DNA from: Octopus sinensis
Taxonomy: Eukaryota
Assembly (NCBI RefSeq): GCF_006345805.1
Contig: NC_042999.1
Coordinates: 170,748,001 to 170,812,000 of the forward strand
Direction: 5' to 3'
DNA length: 64,000 nt
The notes under the pieces are model-generated. The model did not search any database and was not told the DNA's origin. It saw only the letters and a list, made by a program, of their open reading frames with translations. Positions 13,100-25,484 of this stretch are shown here, in pieces (the stretch's first letter is position 1; each line of letters starts with the position of its first letter). The position numbers were made by a program, and so were the translations under genes.

Positions 13100-13505
13100 G
13101 CTGTTCTGTATTGTTTGTGAATAGAGAAGTTGTGTCCGACCAGAGAGAATCTAAGCATCATTATTTTTTTAGGCGGTTACAATACCAGTGATCGTAGGAG
13201 CACTAGGAATGATCAAGAAGGGAACCGAAAATTATATGAGAATGATCCCTGGCTTACCATCCCTGCAAGAAGTGCAAAAGATTGTCTTAACTGGTACATC
13301 ACACGTATTGAGAAGAGCATTGTCGATGTGAGAACTGTTGCTGCTCATGTATTTTAATTTAACTTTAAAAAAAAAGTGAACGAACGAACTATTGAGTTTG
13401 GTTTAATGGCCTGCCAATGTATACACTATGAGTTTCTTTGCCCTAGGAGTCGGGAAGACACTCGGCAAGAAATGGAAGCAAATTTGAAAGAAGAAAAAAA
13501 AAGTA
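13100..13505 (+). mobile_element. R4/Dong-like (REL endonuclease) LINE 3' end
   Basis: Translation IPVIVGALGMIKKGTENYMRMIPGLPSLQEVQKIVLTGTSHVLRRALSM* is a typical REL-LINE C-terminus. A short 3' UTR and (TAA)n follow. Confidence 0.85.
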
Positions 13506-13507
13506 AC

Positions 13508-13547
<40 letters not shown>

Positions 13548-13569
13548 TAATAATAATAATAGTAATAAT

Positions 13570-13724
13570 AATACATTCATTAGTACAACACCAAAAACTC
13601 CCCCTCCCCAATATATGGCACACTAGGCATAACAACAACATGAACTTCCAACCTGTTGTCTCTTGAGGTCTCTGGGTGAGACTTGGAGCCAACTTGTACA
13701 GACATAAAGCAAAAGTCAAACATG

Positions 13725-13726
<2 letters not shown>
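13570..13726 (+). mobile_element. Short segment between two (TAA)n arrays, probably the 3' UTR of a second R4/Dong-like element
   Basis: ~155 bp of complex sequence flanked on both sides by (TAA)n. It contains tcttgaggtctctgggtgagacttgg, loosely similar to ccctaggagtcgggaagacactcgg at ~13440. Confidence 0.4.
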
Positions 13727-13801
<75 letters not shown>

Positions 13802-15139
13802 GCAATAATAATAATAACTCCGGGCTGAATAACAACATGGACGTACACTAAGAAGTTCTATCCACAAAGCAAACTCAATCCAATAACATTGGTGCGATGG
13901 AAGGAAAACTTTGCAATACAACAATGGGAAAAGTTATGTTAAAGCAGAACTAAAAATCTGGAAAGATTGTTGTCATATAAAGTATAGTTTCTTTCTTAAA
14001 AGCACGATGTCTTAATGCAACATACGCGAGAAGTCGAAACCAGCATCAGGAACCCTGAAAAAAAGGGGTAACACCGTACGTACTTAAATACTCAGAATCT
14101 AAAAAGTTTGAAGAAATACTACCAGGCATTTTTGGATGCTCTAACAATTCTGCAAACTCGACGCTTTATTGATAATAATAATGGTTTTAAATTTTGGGGG
14201 AAGACTAACAAGTTTAGATGGATACATTAATCAATTTCTTTAACTCCAGTGCGCTACTGGCACTTATCTTATTGACTTTGAAATAATGAAAGCCAATGTC
14301 GATCATGGCGGACCTTTCAAATCGCATTTATGTTAGATTAGCAGATACTGACACTCTAGGATGCAAGGAATTCGAAGATTCACATAAACGTCTATTGTGA
14401 TCTGTATAGAAAACCTCGAAAAGCTACTGGAAGTTGTTGTGTCGCTCCGAATATAAATAAATAAGAAGAAATAAATTTATTAATCCAATTTACATCGAAT
14501 ATTTTTTTATGGATTACAATAAGTAGAAATTACAAAAAAAATGTTCTTCGGAATTTGCATAAAAAATCGGATTAAGCCCTTTGGCTGTTTGGCTGATTTG
14601 GGAAAGTTGGTAGGAGGTAAAAAAGGGTTAATAATTATAAGGAAAAAAGAAACACCCTTTGCAAGCAAGACAGTCAAAAACGTATATAAAAAGTAAATAT
14701 CTTTAAATCTGGAAATACAAAATATTACAAATGTTATAAATATTGTAGGTCTATTAAATAAAGTTTATAAATGAGTTTGGTTTAGAAGGTAGGTTTTTAA
14801 TAATTTTTGAAATTTGACAGCGAAAAAATGATTTTTCGTGGTAAAATATTATTCCATATGTTAATACTGTTATAAATAAAGCATTTTTGACAAATTGATA
14901 TTCAACAAAACGGCGTTTCAAAATTCAAGTCAGCGATACCTCTAGTTTGGTACTTAAGAGAGAGAGAATGGCGACGGATAGTTTCATAGAAATAAATATG
15001 GCGGTGATGGTGAAATATTTTTGTGGAACTTGATGCCAGAGTTGTATATATACATACATACATACATACATACACACACACATACACACGCACACACAAA
15101 CACACACACATATATATATATATTATCATTATTATTATT

Positions 15140-15660
15140 ATATCAAATGAAAGTAATTTTGATTGAGGATTGTTTATTTTGAGAGTCTTCTGATTTATGA
15201 ATGGCATGGTTGTGTAAGCGAACTTTGCAGTTTCCCAAGGCAGCAATACAGCAAGAGAATTTTGAGTATATCAAAGAATAATTGTGATTGTAACATTTGC
15301 GAGAAGGTAAAAAAATTCTATTTGACATGGCAAGAGTACGGGAATTTTGTTTTAATAAATTGCTTTTATGTGTTTTGAAACTGAGGGACTCGTCAATATG
15401 AATGCCGAGAAATTTTGTTGATGTTACACGTGAAATTGCTTTTCTTGCGATGAGGAAGAAATTGCTTGGTCATTGTGGAGAAAAGCATGTAGCAGGGTTT
15501 TTTAAATTTTTTACTAAAGGTAAGCCGATTAGCGATAAGCCATTGATAAACGTTGTCCAGTTCTGAATTAACTGTAATATCTAAAGCCCAGCAAGATAGG
15601 GTTGGAGTGTTAGTTAAGCGGAAAATGTTTAGCACATTGGTCGGCTACATATGGCGGGTG
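15140..15660 (-). mobile_element. Decayed L2/Crack-like LINE reverse transcriptase fragment
   Basis: VNSELDNVYQWLIANRLTF..KPCYMLF and FLPSRK..NYSLIYSKFSCCIAALGN match the RT segments after YADD (N.EL..V..WL.AN.L.LN; LY.SLI......CI..WG). Confidence 0.7.
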
Positions 15661-16196
15661 CACTAAAGAAAATATAGAATGGATCTATTGAACTGTTTTT
15701 CGGCATGAAATACGAAGGTTCATTTGTTTGATCACCAAAGATGCATTTTGAGACAAAAATGAATGAAAATGTTTGTTTATCTGGGAACTATAAACTCTAC
15801 GTGGCAACAAATCTGTATTTCCTTATTTAACGGAATACAATGGGCGTTTAAATATCGAATTCCACGCCGATGTCTGTAGTTTTTCAGCAGATTATTACTG
15901 AAATATTCGTTAGAAACGACAAGGCGGTATGGACTGTAATGCTTTTCTTGACGGCCTGTCTCTCGGTGAGTAACGCTAAATCTCCAAACAACCGGTGTCA
16001 GTAGCTAAAGAAGTGAATGATATGAGCTTCTGTGAAAGGAACAAATCGGTGAAAAAGGAGGACCAGCAATACAAGCTGTATTGAAACATACTATACATGT
16101 TCAATACTGTTTCGTAGTTGTCACTTGCAACAAGGAGCAAATTACAAGATTTCACTTACTTGTTTCAGTTATTTCCATTATAATCCTTGACTAATA

Positions 16197-16414
16197 GGCG
16201 ACCAGCTGGCAGAAACGTTAACATGCTGGGCGAAATGCTTAGCGGTACTTCGTTTGCCGTTACGTTCCGAGTTCAAATTCCGCCGAGGTGGACTTTACTT
16301 TTCATTCTTTCGGAGTCAATAAATTAAGTACCTGTTGAGTACTGGGGTCGATCTAATCGACTGGGCCCCTCACCCAAAATTTTGGGCCTTGTGCCTAGAG
16401 TACAAACGATTATA
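16197..16414 (+). mobile_element. SINE family A, full length
   Basis: Head tggcagaaacgttaac, B-box-like gagttcaaattcc, conserved core ataaattaagtacc...actggggtcgat, tail gggccttgtgcctagagta. Confidence 0.85.
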
Positions 16415-17509
16415 ATTCTTGGCTTAGCTGCACACCTTTACATGATATTCTAGCACTTAATTTAATTTATTCCTTTTAAAATGTTCATTTCTTCTCCATC
16501 CTTGTTTTTATTTATTTTTCTTCAAACCTTACTTTTTATTCCCATTTGCCGTCATTTTACTTCACTACCTTTCTGTTTTACATTCATAACGCTTATTTAC
16601 AATTTGTTTTCTTATATATTTTTATATTTTTCGCTTTCACATTTTTGCCAATTCTTCTTTCCTCTATTCTGTGTTATATATCTGTCACAGGTTTTCATAT
16701 TCCTGGCACACATTGCATAACCCCTAATCACTTTATAGTCTTTACTTTTATTTTCATGTTGATGTGATTTATTATTACTATTTAATGTACCCTGGTAATA
16801 TGGTAAAAACATATAATCTCTCTATTAAAAATTTATGATATACCCCAAACTTTCTACTACATCTCTTTTTAATAATTCTCTCATTTTGTATTGTTCACTT
16901 TGATCCTACGTTCATAAATGAGAAACCCCGTGTCACGAATTATGAACATTCCCATTCAAATAGGATGGAAAGCTCTACTTTCAATAGTGAGTATTCTTTT
17001 TCCATTATTGTACACATACCTTTCCATACACAATTACAAATCCCATACTTACATTCATTCATACATTCACACATACATAAGTATATATATATATACATAC
17101 ATACATATATATATTTACATGTATATATAATATATATATATATATTATATATATATATATAATGTACATGTGTGTACTCGTGTGTATGTGATTATGTGTA
17201 TGTGTGTGTGTGCGTGAGTGTGTGTTGGTAATAGTCTTAATGCTGCTCTATTTCTCCAACAATTTTTCTTTCACTAGAAAAAGTCATTTCTAAGTAACAT
17301 CGACTTGTTTTGTCCAGATATTTCCCACCTAAATAATGTTTGTCAGATGTCATTTTCTGATCCTCTTCAGTATATTATATTTGGCATATATTTATTATAA
17401 GCTTATCGGAAAATTTTCTTGAAAATTAAATTATATATGAATGTATCTAGAGACTACGTGTGTTTTGTTCAGAAATATGTATGTATGAATTATTATTAAT
17501 CCATATATA

Positions 17510-17605
<96 letters not shown>

Positions 17606-20089
17606 GATATATAAATATGTATATACATATTTATGTACATTGATATGTTGTCAAATATTTATTTTCGTAAATTGTCTTCTTAGATTAAAATTGAATGATG
17701 AAGTAGACAAAATCAATTGCAAAAGAAATAAATACCGTGCCTCAGTGTGTGTGTGTATGTGTGCTTGTGCATTTACGTGCCTACTCTGTGTGTATGTATG
17801 AGTATGTGTGAGTCTTTTGTTTCATTTCTGTTTTTGGGAGTATTGAGTGTGTTTGTATGTGTGAATACCTCTCATAAGATTAAAAATAAATATATGTCAT
17901 TTTTTTCTTTCGGCCATCGATGATATATTTAATGGGATAACTTTTATTGACTACAAGGAATCAATTAATTGTTTTCTTACATCTAGCAAAACAAACAATT
18001 AAAAGACTGATTTATATTCCAATTTCTCCAGTTTTTCCTTTTTATTAGTAGACTGCACAACGTTTGGCTTCGCGACAATCTTTTGCTACGCTACAGGAAA
18101 ATTTAAAGGCATATGAAGCTTCGTGACCAAAAACATAGCTACGCAATCACTTAGTTTCCGGTTTCATAGCTTCATGTCGTTTCCGACCGAAGGAGTCAAT
18201 TTCAGTATTCGAAAATTGAACAGAAATACGCGACCGAGGATGAGACTTAATGTCAGATAGTTTATGCTTTATGTTTGTCGTTTTCGTTAGGCATTTTGTT
18301 TACCAAAATTTTACTTACTAGATAGAACTGATATGACCTGAGGATGAAATACTAATCTTGACATAGTTCTTCCTCCCTTCTCTTGATTTTTTTTGAAATT
18401 TGAAAAGCTGGTAATGAGCACTATTATTAATTCTTCCAATTATTTGCATAATAATATAAATCCAATTTTTCTAAAGATTCATGAAAATGTACGTGGCACG
18501 TCTTGTAACACAGCTCTACTGATTTGATTAAGATAATTATCACAAATCTTTATAAAAACAAAAATACAAACAAACAAACAAATTCAGCCATGCTTTCTCA
18601 CAATTTACAAGGAAAAGACAAGAGCACAGATCTCTTTTCATGTTCTCGGAGACTGGTGGAATGAAGCAAGGAATATATTTTACTGGAGACTTGAGTGAAA
18701 TAATTTTAAGTGTGTCTCCACCCTTAAACTGGATAATGAACGAAGACGTATTTTCCCCAAAATGTTCTTGCACCTGATTGCTTTGCCGCCCATTCGTCTT
18801 TGTAAGAAGTACAGAAACAGATACATCTAGTGTAATAGGCATCGAAGAAAAATATATGTTTCTCTGAAAAGCATTCGGCAAATATCATATTAGAATCGTG
18901 AATATATTGTCGACAATAGTTTTCTCTTACTTGCGTAAAAAATGATTTCTGTTGGAAAGAAACGTCTCAGTATTTGTCAAAACAAAATATAGAATTTGGC
19001 GTAACTTCTGAAAATTATGAAACTGATGGCTTATTTATTCAGATCACGTTATGAATCCCTCTCCTAAATCAACTACCTAAATTACTTTGAAAAATATTCC
19101 AGTTACTTTAGTTAACAGGTTAAGCATCAATTTAAAACACACAATACGAAAACAAATGAATATGAGAATTAAATATTTTTGAGATTGTTATTTTTCGAGA
19201 TAAATTGCTATTATTTGAAAAATAGTATTCGGACTTTAATCTTCAGACAAAAAACAAAAGAACCAAAAATGCAACGAAAAATATTTTCCACATCTACAGT
19301 ACTTAAGTGATTTCTGGCCCACCTCAATCTATCAAAAGAACACCTATATCTAAGCTATTAAATGTTGGGGACATATCCATTAGTCAGAACTGAATTACCA
19401 GGTTAAAGCAGTTAAAACAGACAAAATGAAAAAAAGAATTATGAAAGTATTTTATATGAGAAAAGTTAGCTAAAACACAGACAATATTAAGGAAAGGATA
19501 TTCGTAAGAAAAATGTATAGAAAAGTATATAATGTGTGTGATTTGTCTTCATAACATATTCATTTAAGAACTTTAACCACAGTATTTGATATGTCTTCTT
19601 CGTATTAATAAAACCATGGTCTTAATTTCTTATTTCTTGTATGTCATTTTTCTTGTACTTTCAAGGTTTCATGATACTCAACTAGAATGTGATATAGCCA
19701 CTTAATAAGTACTCAGTCATTTGGAGCGATCAATCTCATGTTTACTTTGCTCTTATTGGTCATTTTGTCTCATATTGCTGTCTATACTTATTTGACTTCT
19801 TTGTCCGTTTTCCAGTCTTCGTTTTATCCGCTCATTATTTTATCATTGATTTTTTTCCTTCTATTCTACACTTCTGTATTTATTTCTCATATTTGTTTAC
19901 TATACTTCTTAGGTTGTATCTCATGTATAAAATAATGTTTTTCGTGATATTTTTGATATATTTTCTTTCTTCTGGCTTATGCTTAATATTCTTTTCAAAT
20001 ATATTTTTCGTTCTAACTTCTTTATGGATATATATACATATATCCAAACATACATGCATACATACATAGATACATACATACGTACCTAC

Positions 20090-20432
20090 TACGTATGTAT
20101 GTATGTATGTATGTATGTATGTATGTATGTATGTATGTATATATGTGTATACATATATATATATATATATAAATAAGTATATAATATATATGTATATATA
20201 TGCATATATACATATATATGTGTGTATATATATATATGTATATATATATGCATGTATATATCTTTTCTTTTTATTTGTTTTCACTTCATACATCGACTTA
20301 TTTATGAATTTATTTATGTATACTTTTTATTATTTATATATATTGGAAAATAAGGAATTGAAGAATAGTCTTCAAACTATTTGCTTTGATATTTATCTGT
20401 GCATTTACCCTCCATCCATCCTTCTATGTATG

Positions 20433-20466
<34 letters not shown>

Positions 20467-20670
20467 TGTATGTATGTATGTATGTATGTATGTATGTATG
20501 CATGTATGTATGCATGCATGCATGTATGTATGTATCTATCTATTTGTTTATCTCATGTATATATACGTATATGTATATGTGTATATATGTATATATATAT
20601 ATATATATATGTATGCATAAATGTGGATATATATATAAATGTATATATATATATATATATGTGTGTGTGT
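20090..20670. repeat. Compound (ATGT)n/(TA)n microsatellite field
   Basis: Directly visible; source of the MYVC-type ORFs. Confidence 0.9.
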
Positions 20671-21040
20671 ATATACGTTTTTTATTCTTTACAGTGTATT
20701 TCTAAAACTCTCCAAGTAAGCATTATATTTGCTCATCACTTTACATTTTATTTATTTAGTTTTGTAGCTTTTTGATATTCATGTTCTTATCATTTTCCCA
20801 TATGTTTCTTAGGTGAGTTCTCTCTGTATATTGGATAATTTATGTGAAACTATTTAATGATCTACTTATTTATTTCTACATTATCTCCCTTTTGTATAAG
20901 TCTTTCTGTTGGTCTGTCTGTTTGTCTCTCTCACCCTCCATTGAAATCATAAATTGGAACTTAGCTCAATTAGAGCACTTTAATTCTGGCCTTAATTCTG
21001 AGCATTGTTAAAGCGAACAATCGGTACTTAAAATTGTATA

Positions 21041-21085
<45 letters not shown>

Positions 21086-21144
21086 TAATCCAAACATGAA
21101 AACACAAAGAGAAAACACAACAATGCGAGGACGTGGAACAAATA

Positions 21145-21300
21145 TAGTATTATTGGACGCTCAGGAAGGAAGGAAAGAAGGAGGATTTAACGTTTCGAGC
21201 AGAGCTCTTCGTCAGAAACAGGAAAAGGAAAGATCCAGAGAAGGGAAGACGGAGGAAAAAAATTGCCAACGGTACACACGCGTTCTCCAGTTGATCTGGA
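21145..21300 (-). mobile_element. Penelope-like (PLE) terminal-repeat fragment
   Basis: Reverse complement ctgacgaagagctctgctcgaaacgt is a PLE-type terminal motif. It is homologous in inverted orientation to 35795-35935. Confidence 0.65.
21186..21219 (-). ncRNA. Minimal type I hammerhead ribozyme motif (family 1)
   Basis: gttt-CTGACGA-a-GAGC tct GCTC-GAAA-CGT-T-aaat: catalytic core intact, 4-bp stem II, palindromic ACGU stem III, 4-bp stem I. Confidence 0.6.
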
Positions 21301-21814
21301 TCTTAATCATCGTAATTATCAACTTTGTACACCCTCCTGTGTGCATTCGTCTTGTATTGAATACGTCAAGCAATGAAGAAAATATAATAAATGAATATTA
21401 ATAGGTACTAATTTAAATCATGTTACAAGTGTTTCAGTAGCCTGGCACTTTACTTAGGCTTTATGTATTGCATCATTATTTTCTATGTTAAATGTCCGAC
21501 AGTGTTTTCGGCGACCTGTAAAAAATATCGGTATCAAGAAATGTCAGGAGTCCCGTCTTAATCACACCAGTTGTTGAACACGATAGTGTTCATAGCAGCA
21601 TCATTTCATTCTTAAGAATTGGGAGTGGTTACTTACTATCTGTATCAGAGGGTAAATATTTATCTCCTGCGTGTTCAGTGACAAGTATTTTATAAGCCTG
21701 TACATAATCAACCAAAAAGCCAAGCCAAAGAAATCTCTTTGTCGTCAGGTAATCATTAAAAAGTATAACGCTAATAAAAGCAACTGTGTAAGAAACATAC
21801 TTTTTTCTACTTGT

Positions 21815-21975
21815 TTCACTTATTTGACTGTGGCCAAGCTGGGGCACTGCCTTGAAGAATGGATTATCTCCTGTACCTACATTTTTCTAAGCCTGGTACT
21901 TATTCTATCGGTTATCTTTGCCGAACCGCTATTTACAGGGACATAACACTCCAACACCAGCCTTACCAAGCAGTA
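21815..21975 (-). mobile_element. SINE family B, 3' half
   Basis: tttgactgtggccaagctggggcactgcc...tacttattctatcggt...tttgccgaaccgcta matches 53130-53290. Confidence 0.8.
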
Positions 21976-22002
21976 GTGGGTACATACACACACATGCGCG
22001 CG

Positions 22003-22078
<76 letters not shown>

Positions 22079-22470
22079 CCCTTCTACTATAGGCACAAAG
22101 CCGAATCAAACTGTTTTAAATAGTAACATATACAACTCTTACTATATATAAGTCATTTATTTCACTTATCAATACTGCAAACAGAACAAGGACCGCTGCA
22201 TGCTATATCACCGGCTATGACTATATGCTAAATGGTTTGAACACCAATGACGAAACATCGTTGTCTGTCGCTCCGAGAAAGGACCTGATGTGAGTTGTCT
22301 CGCTTGCCTGTGACTTACTTTCTGGAGATTTTTCTTTACACCAGGCGCATCGAGAATATATTCTCTTACGCCTAAAAAAACGCAGCCTGCACCCTGCACT
22401 GGAACTGTTCCATCTTGTTTGTATACATCGAGCTGCTTCTAATTCATATTCGAATATACATACACGTGCA

Positions 22471-22510
<40 letters not shown>

Positions 22511-22549
22511 GTATATCTATCTGTGATATGTCTGTCTGTCTATTTACCT

Positions 22550-22554
22550 ATCTT

Positions 22555-22626
<72 letters not shown>

Positions 22627-22635
22627 CACACACAC

Positions 22636-22696
<61 letters not shown>
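22550..22696. repeat. (CTAT)n followed by (GA)n microsatellites
   Basis: Directly visible. Confidence 0.95.
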
Positions 22697-22698
<2 letters not shown>

Positions 22699-23341
22699 CA
22701 TACAAACAGAAGTCAATCAGACGTACACATTGAATATATTAGACTGACGCCCACTGAAAATTTTAGATGGAAAAATAAGAGTGGAAATGATATTTCGAGC
22801 ATTGCACTTCGTTTGGAAAGAGAAAAAAGCCCAGAGATGAAGAAAAGGAGGTAGAAGAAGATAGCTAGAGAAAAGCACATGTGTCTTTAGATGACTTACG
22901 AATAACTGACCGGGAGTGTGGAGAGAGATAGAGAATGTAGTTTTTAAAAGTAGTAGAGTGCAAAATGGTCATTGTGGTTGTGACTGTGCGTGCAAGAGTT
23001 TGTGCGTAGAGTGTATGTGTATTTATATCTTTATGCGCGCGCACTTGCGCATGTGTGGTAGCGAGTAGCATGCTTGTATATTAGAGAGTGCTCCGTGGGA
23101 TGGTCGTATATGTGTTCTCTGTGCTTGTGTTGAAGTGTTTGTGTCTGAGAGTGGATCTAAGAGGTTAGTAGCAGTAGGCTATAGCAGCAGAAGAACTAAG
23201 CAGCAGATAGACGTGGGGTCAAGGGCCTTGGTGATGGGTATCTGAATGCGTGTATATTGCTGTGTCTGTACGTATGGGTTTATGTGTTCCTGCGTGTGTA
23301 TGTGTTGTATAAGCGCTACTAGTGTTTTCTATACCGAGAAT

Positions 23342-23388
<47 letters not shown>

Positions 23389-24059
23389 TACTCTTTTACT
23401 TGTTTCAATCATTTGACTGTGACCATGCATCCGATTGCGCTCAAATTAGATATGTAGATACCGACGGTATAAGGGCGTGTATAAGTCTTGAAAAAATTAC
23501 AAAAATCGATTCCAGGGGAGAATGCGATCGATAAAGCCGTGGGAACGTGCATTTGTACGCACAAGTACATCAGCTGTTGCGATCGATACTACGCAAACGC
23601 GAAAAAAATGCACGTGCAGTTTGCGCAAAAAAGTCATCATGCTTTTCCATCTAGATTTACCTCCAGCTAACTCATTTGCATGCATCGTTTTTGTCATGCT
23701 TTTCCCCCGTCAACCTGTACATAACTGCACCTTCCATTCTTTGTTGTTTTTGTACTGCTTAATGGCATGTTTCTTTCCTGCCAAGCTTACTGTTTAAACC
23801 ATGTTTGTGTTCTCCCAGTCAACAGCCTTATCATTACTGGTACTTTAAACTCTTCGGTTGCAAATTTGTGTGAATAAAATCGTTTTCCTTTGGAATAGAA
23901 AAAAAGTCTATCTTTATTCTTTTGCTTGTGTCTCAAATTTAGGATAAATCCTATGGGACGGTCGGACAAGTTGTTTTGAGAAAACTTGGTTTAAATGTTT
24001 GACAACTCAGCACCGTCCATTGGACGAGGGGCATTTTGCTCATATATATATGTATATAA

Positions 24060-24215
24060 AATCGCAGGAGTGGCTGTATGGTAAGTAGCTTGCTTTTCAA
24101 CCACATCGTTCTAGGTTCAGTTTCACTGCGTGGCACTTTGATCAAGTGTTTCCTTCTATAGCCTCGGGCTAAACAGAGCCTTGTGAGTGGATTTGCTAGA
24201 CGGAATCTGGAAGTC
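24060..24215 (+). mobile_element. SINE family B, 5' half
   Basis: cgcaggagtggctgtatggtaagtagcttgc...ggttcagtttcactgcgtggcac...tatagcctcgggc...gtgagtggatttgctagacggaa. Confidence 0.85.
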
Positions 24216-24340
24216 GTATATATATATATGTATTGCGTATAGGATTCTAACTTCAATGTTACTGAATGTTATCTTTTAGAAACCCGATTCTATAAATAGC
24301 ATTACTATAATATTTTGCATTAGGTGTCTTCTAAAATATT

Positions 24341-24437
24341 AGAAGACACCTACCCAAGGTGCTACGCAGTGGGACTGAACTAGGAATCATGTGGTTGGCA
24401 AGAAAACTACTTACCACCCAGCCACGCCTGCGCCTAT
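24341..24437 (-). mobile_element. SINE family B head, inverted relative to 24060
   Basis: cccaaggtgctacgcagtgggactgaac...cttaccacccagccacgcctgcgcct. Confidence 0.8.
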
Positions 24438-25451
24438 ATGTATGTTTGTGTGCTGGAAATCATAGTGGTAGTGAAATCTGCACATGCATGTGTAAGTATG
24501 TATATAGTCATTCATCTTAGAATTAGATACGATCTAAAATACAACTTCGTCCTACCAGATGCTTGTTATATTCTATGTAGTAGTAAAGTTAGAAGAAACT
24601 TTCTATTTCAATCGCAGGTTTGTATTAGAAATAAAGATGCTGGTTGGAAGAAACACTTCTTTTTCGGGCCATATGTAATTCTCTTTACTTTAACTGTAAG
24701 TAATTATATATATCAGACTGCACGGGCTTCTAACAGCTGTGTGTATTGAACCATTTAAGTTTTTATTACCACAAAATACTCATTGATTATACACAATGAT
24801 ACACATAGACGGAATCACACACAGAAATATGCAAACATACACATATATGCGTCGCAATTAACTCTTTCTGTTTCAAACCAGTAATTTCGCAAGCGAACCT
24901 ATCCCGACGTGAATACATTTCATTTTATCTTCCCTCTCTCTCTCACTCTTATCCCACTCTCCATATAGGTGTGCCTGCGCGCATTTGTGTGAATGTGTGT
25001 GTCGGCGTCTGGGTCTCTGTCTCTGTGTATCTTTGTAATAGCCGAAATTCATGTTTTACTTTTTCAGTGAATATATATGCCTGTTATAAATTAGTCTGTG
25101 TTTATGTCTATCTCTGCCTGTCTGTCTGTCTGTCTGTCTTTCTTCCTCCTTCTCTCTCTCACTGTGAGTAAATGTGTGCGTGTACGTGCATCTGTATATG
25201 TATGTATATATGTGTGTGTATATCTATGTGTATGTGTGTGTACATATTTATACATATACACATATGTATATACATATATATATATATATATCTATATCTA
25301 TAAATCTATATCTATATCTATATATATACATATATATCTGTATCTAATATATATGTCAATATCTACATTTATACATACATAAACTCATACATTCATATTA
25401 TATATATATATATTTATATATGTATGAATATATAATATGAATATAAGCATG

Positions 25452-25484
<33 letters not shown>

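Noticed and set aside
18540-18881. 113-aa minus-strand ORF or possible exon
   Set aside because: Two frames are open after the putative acceptor, the donors are weak and no family is recognisable, so it cannot be supported.
22185-22289. Plus-strand 105-bp symmetric exon candidate (TRTAACYITGYDYMLNG...)
   Set aside because: It has a weak acceptor and no compatible neighbouring plus-strand exon; other plus-strand candidates (11481, 15885, 45407, 60395) do not form a coherent chain.
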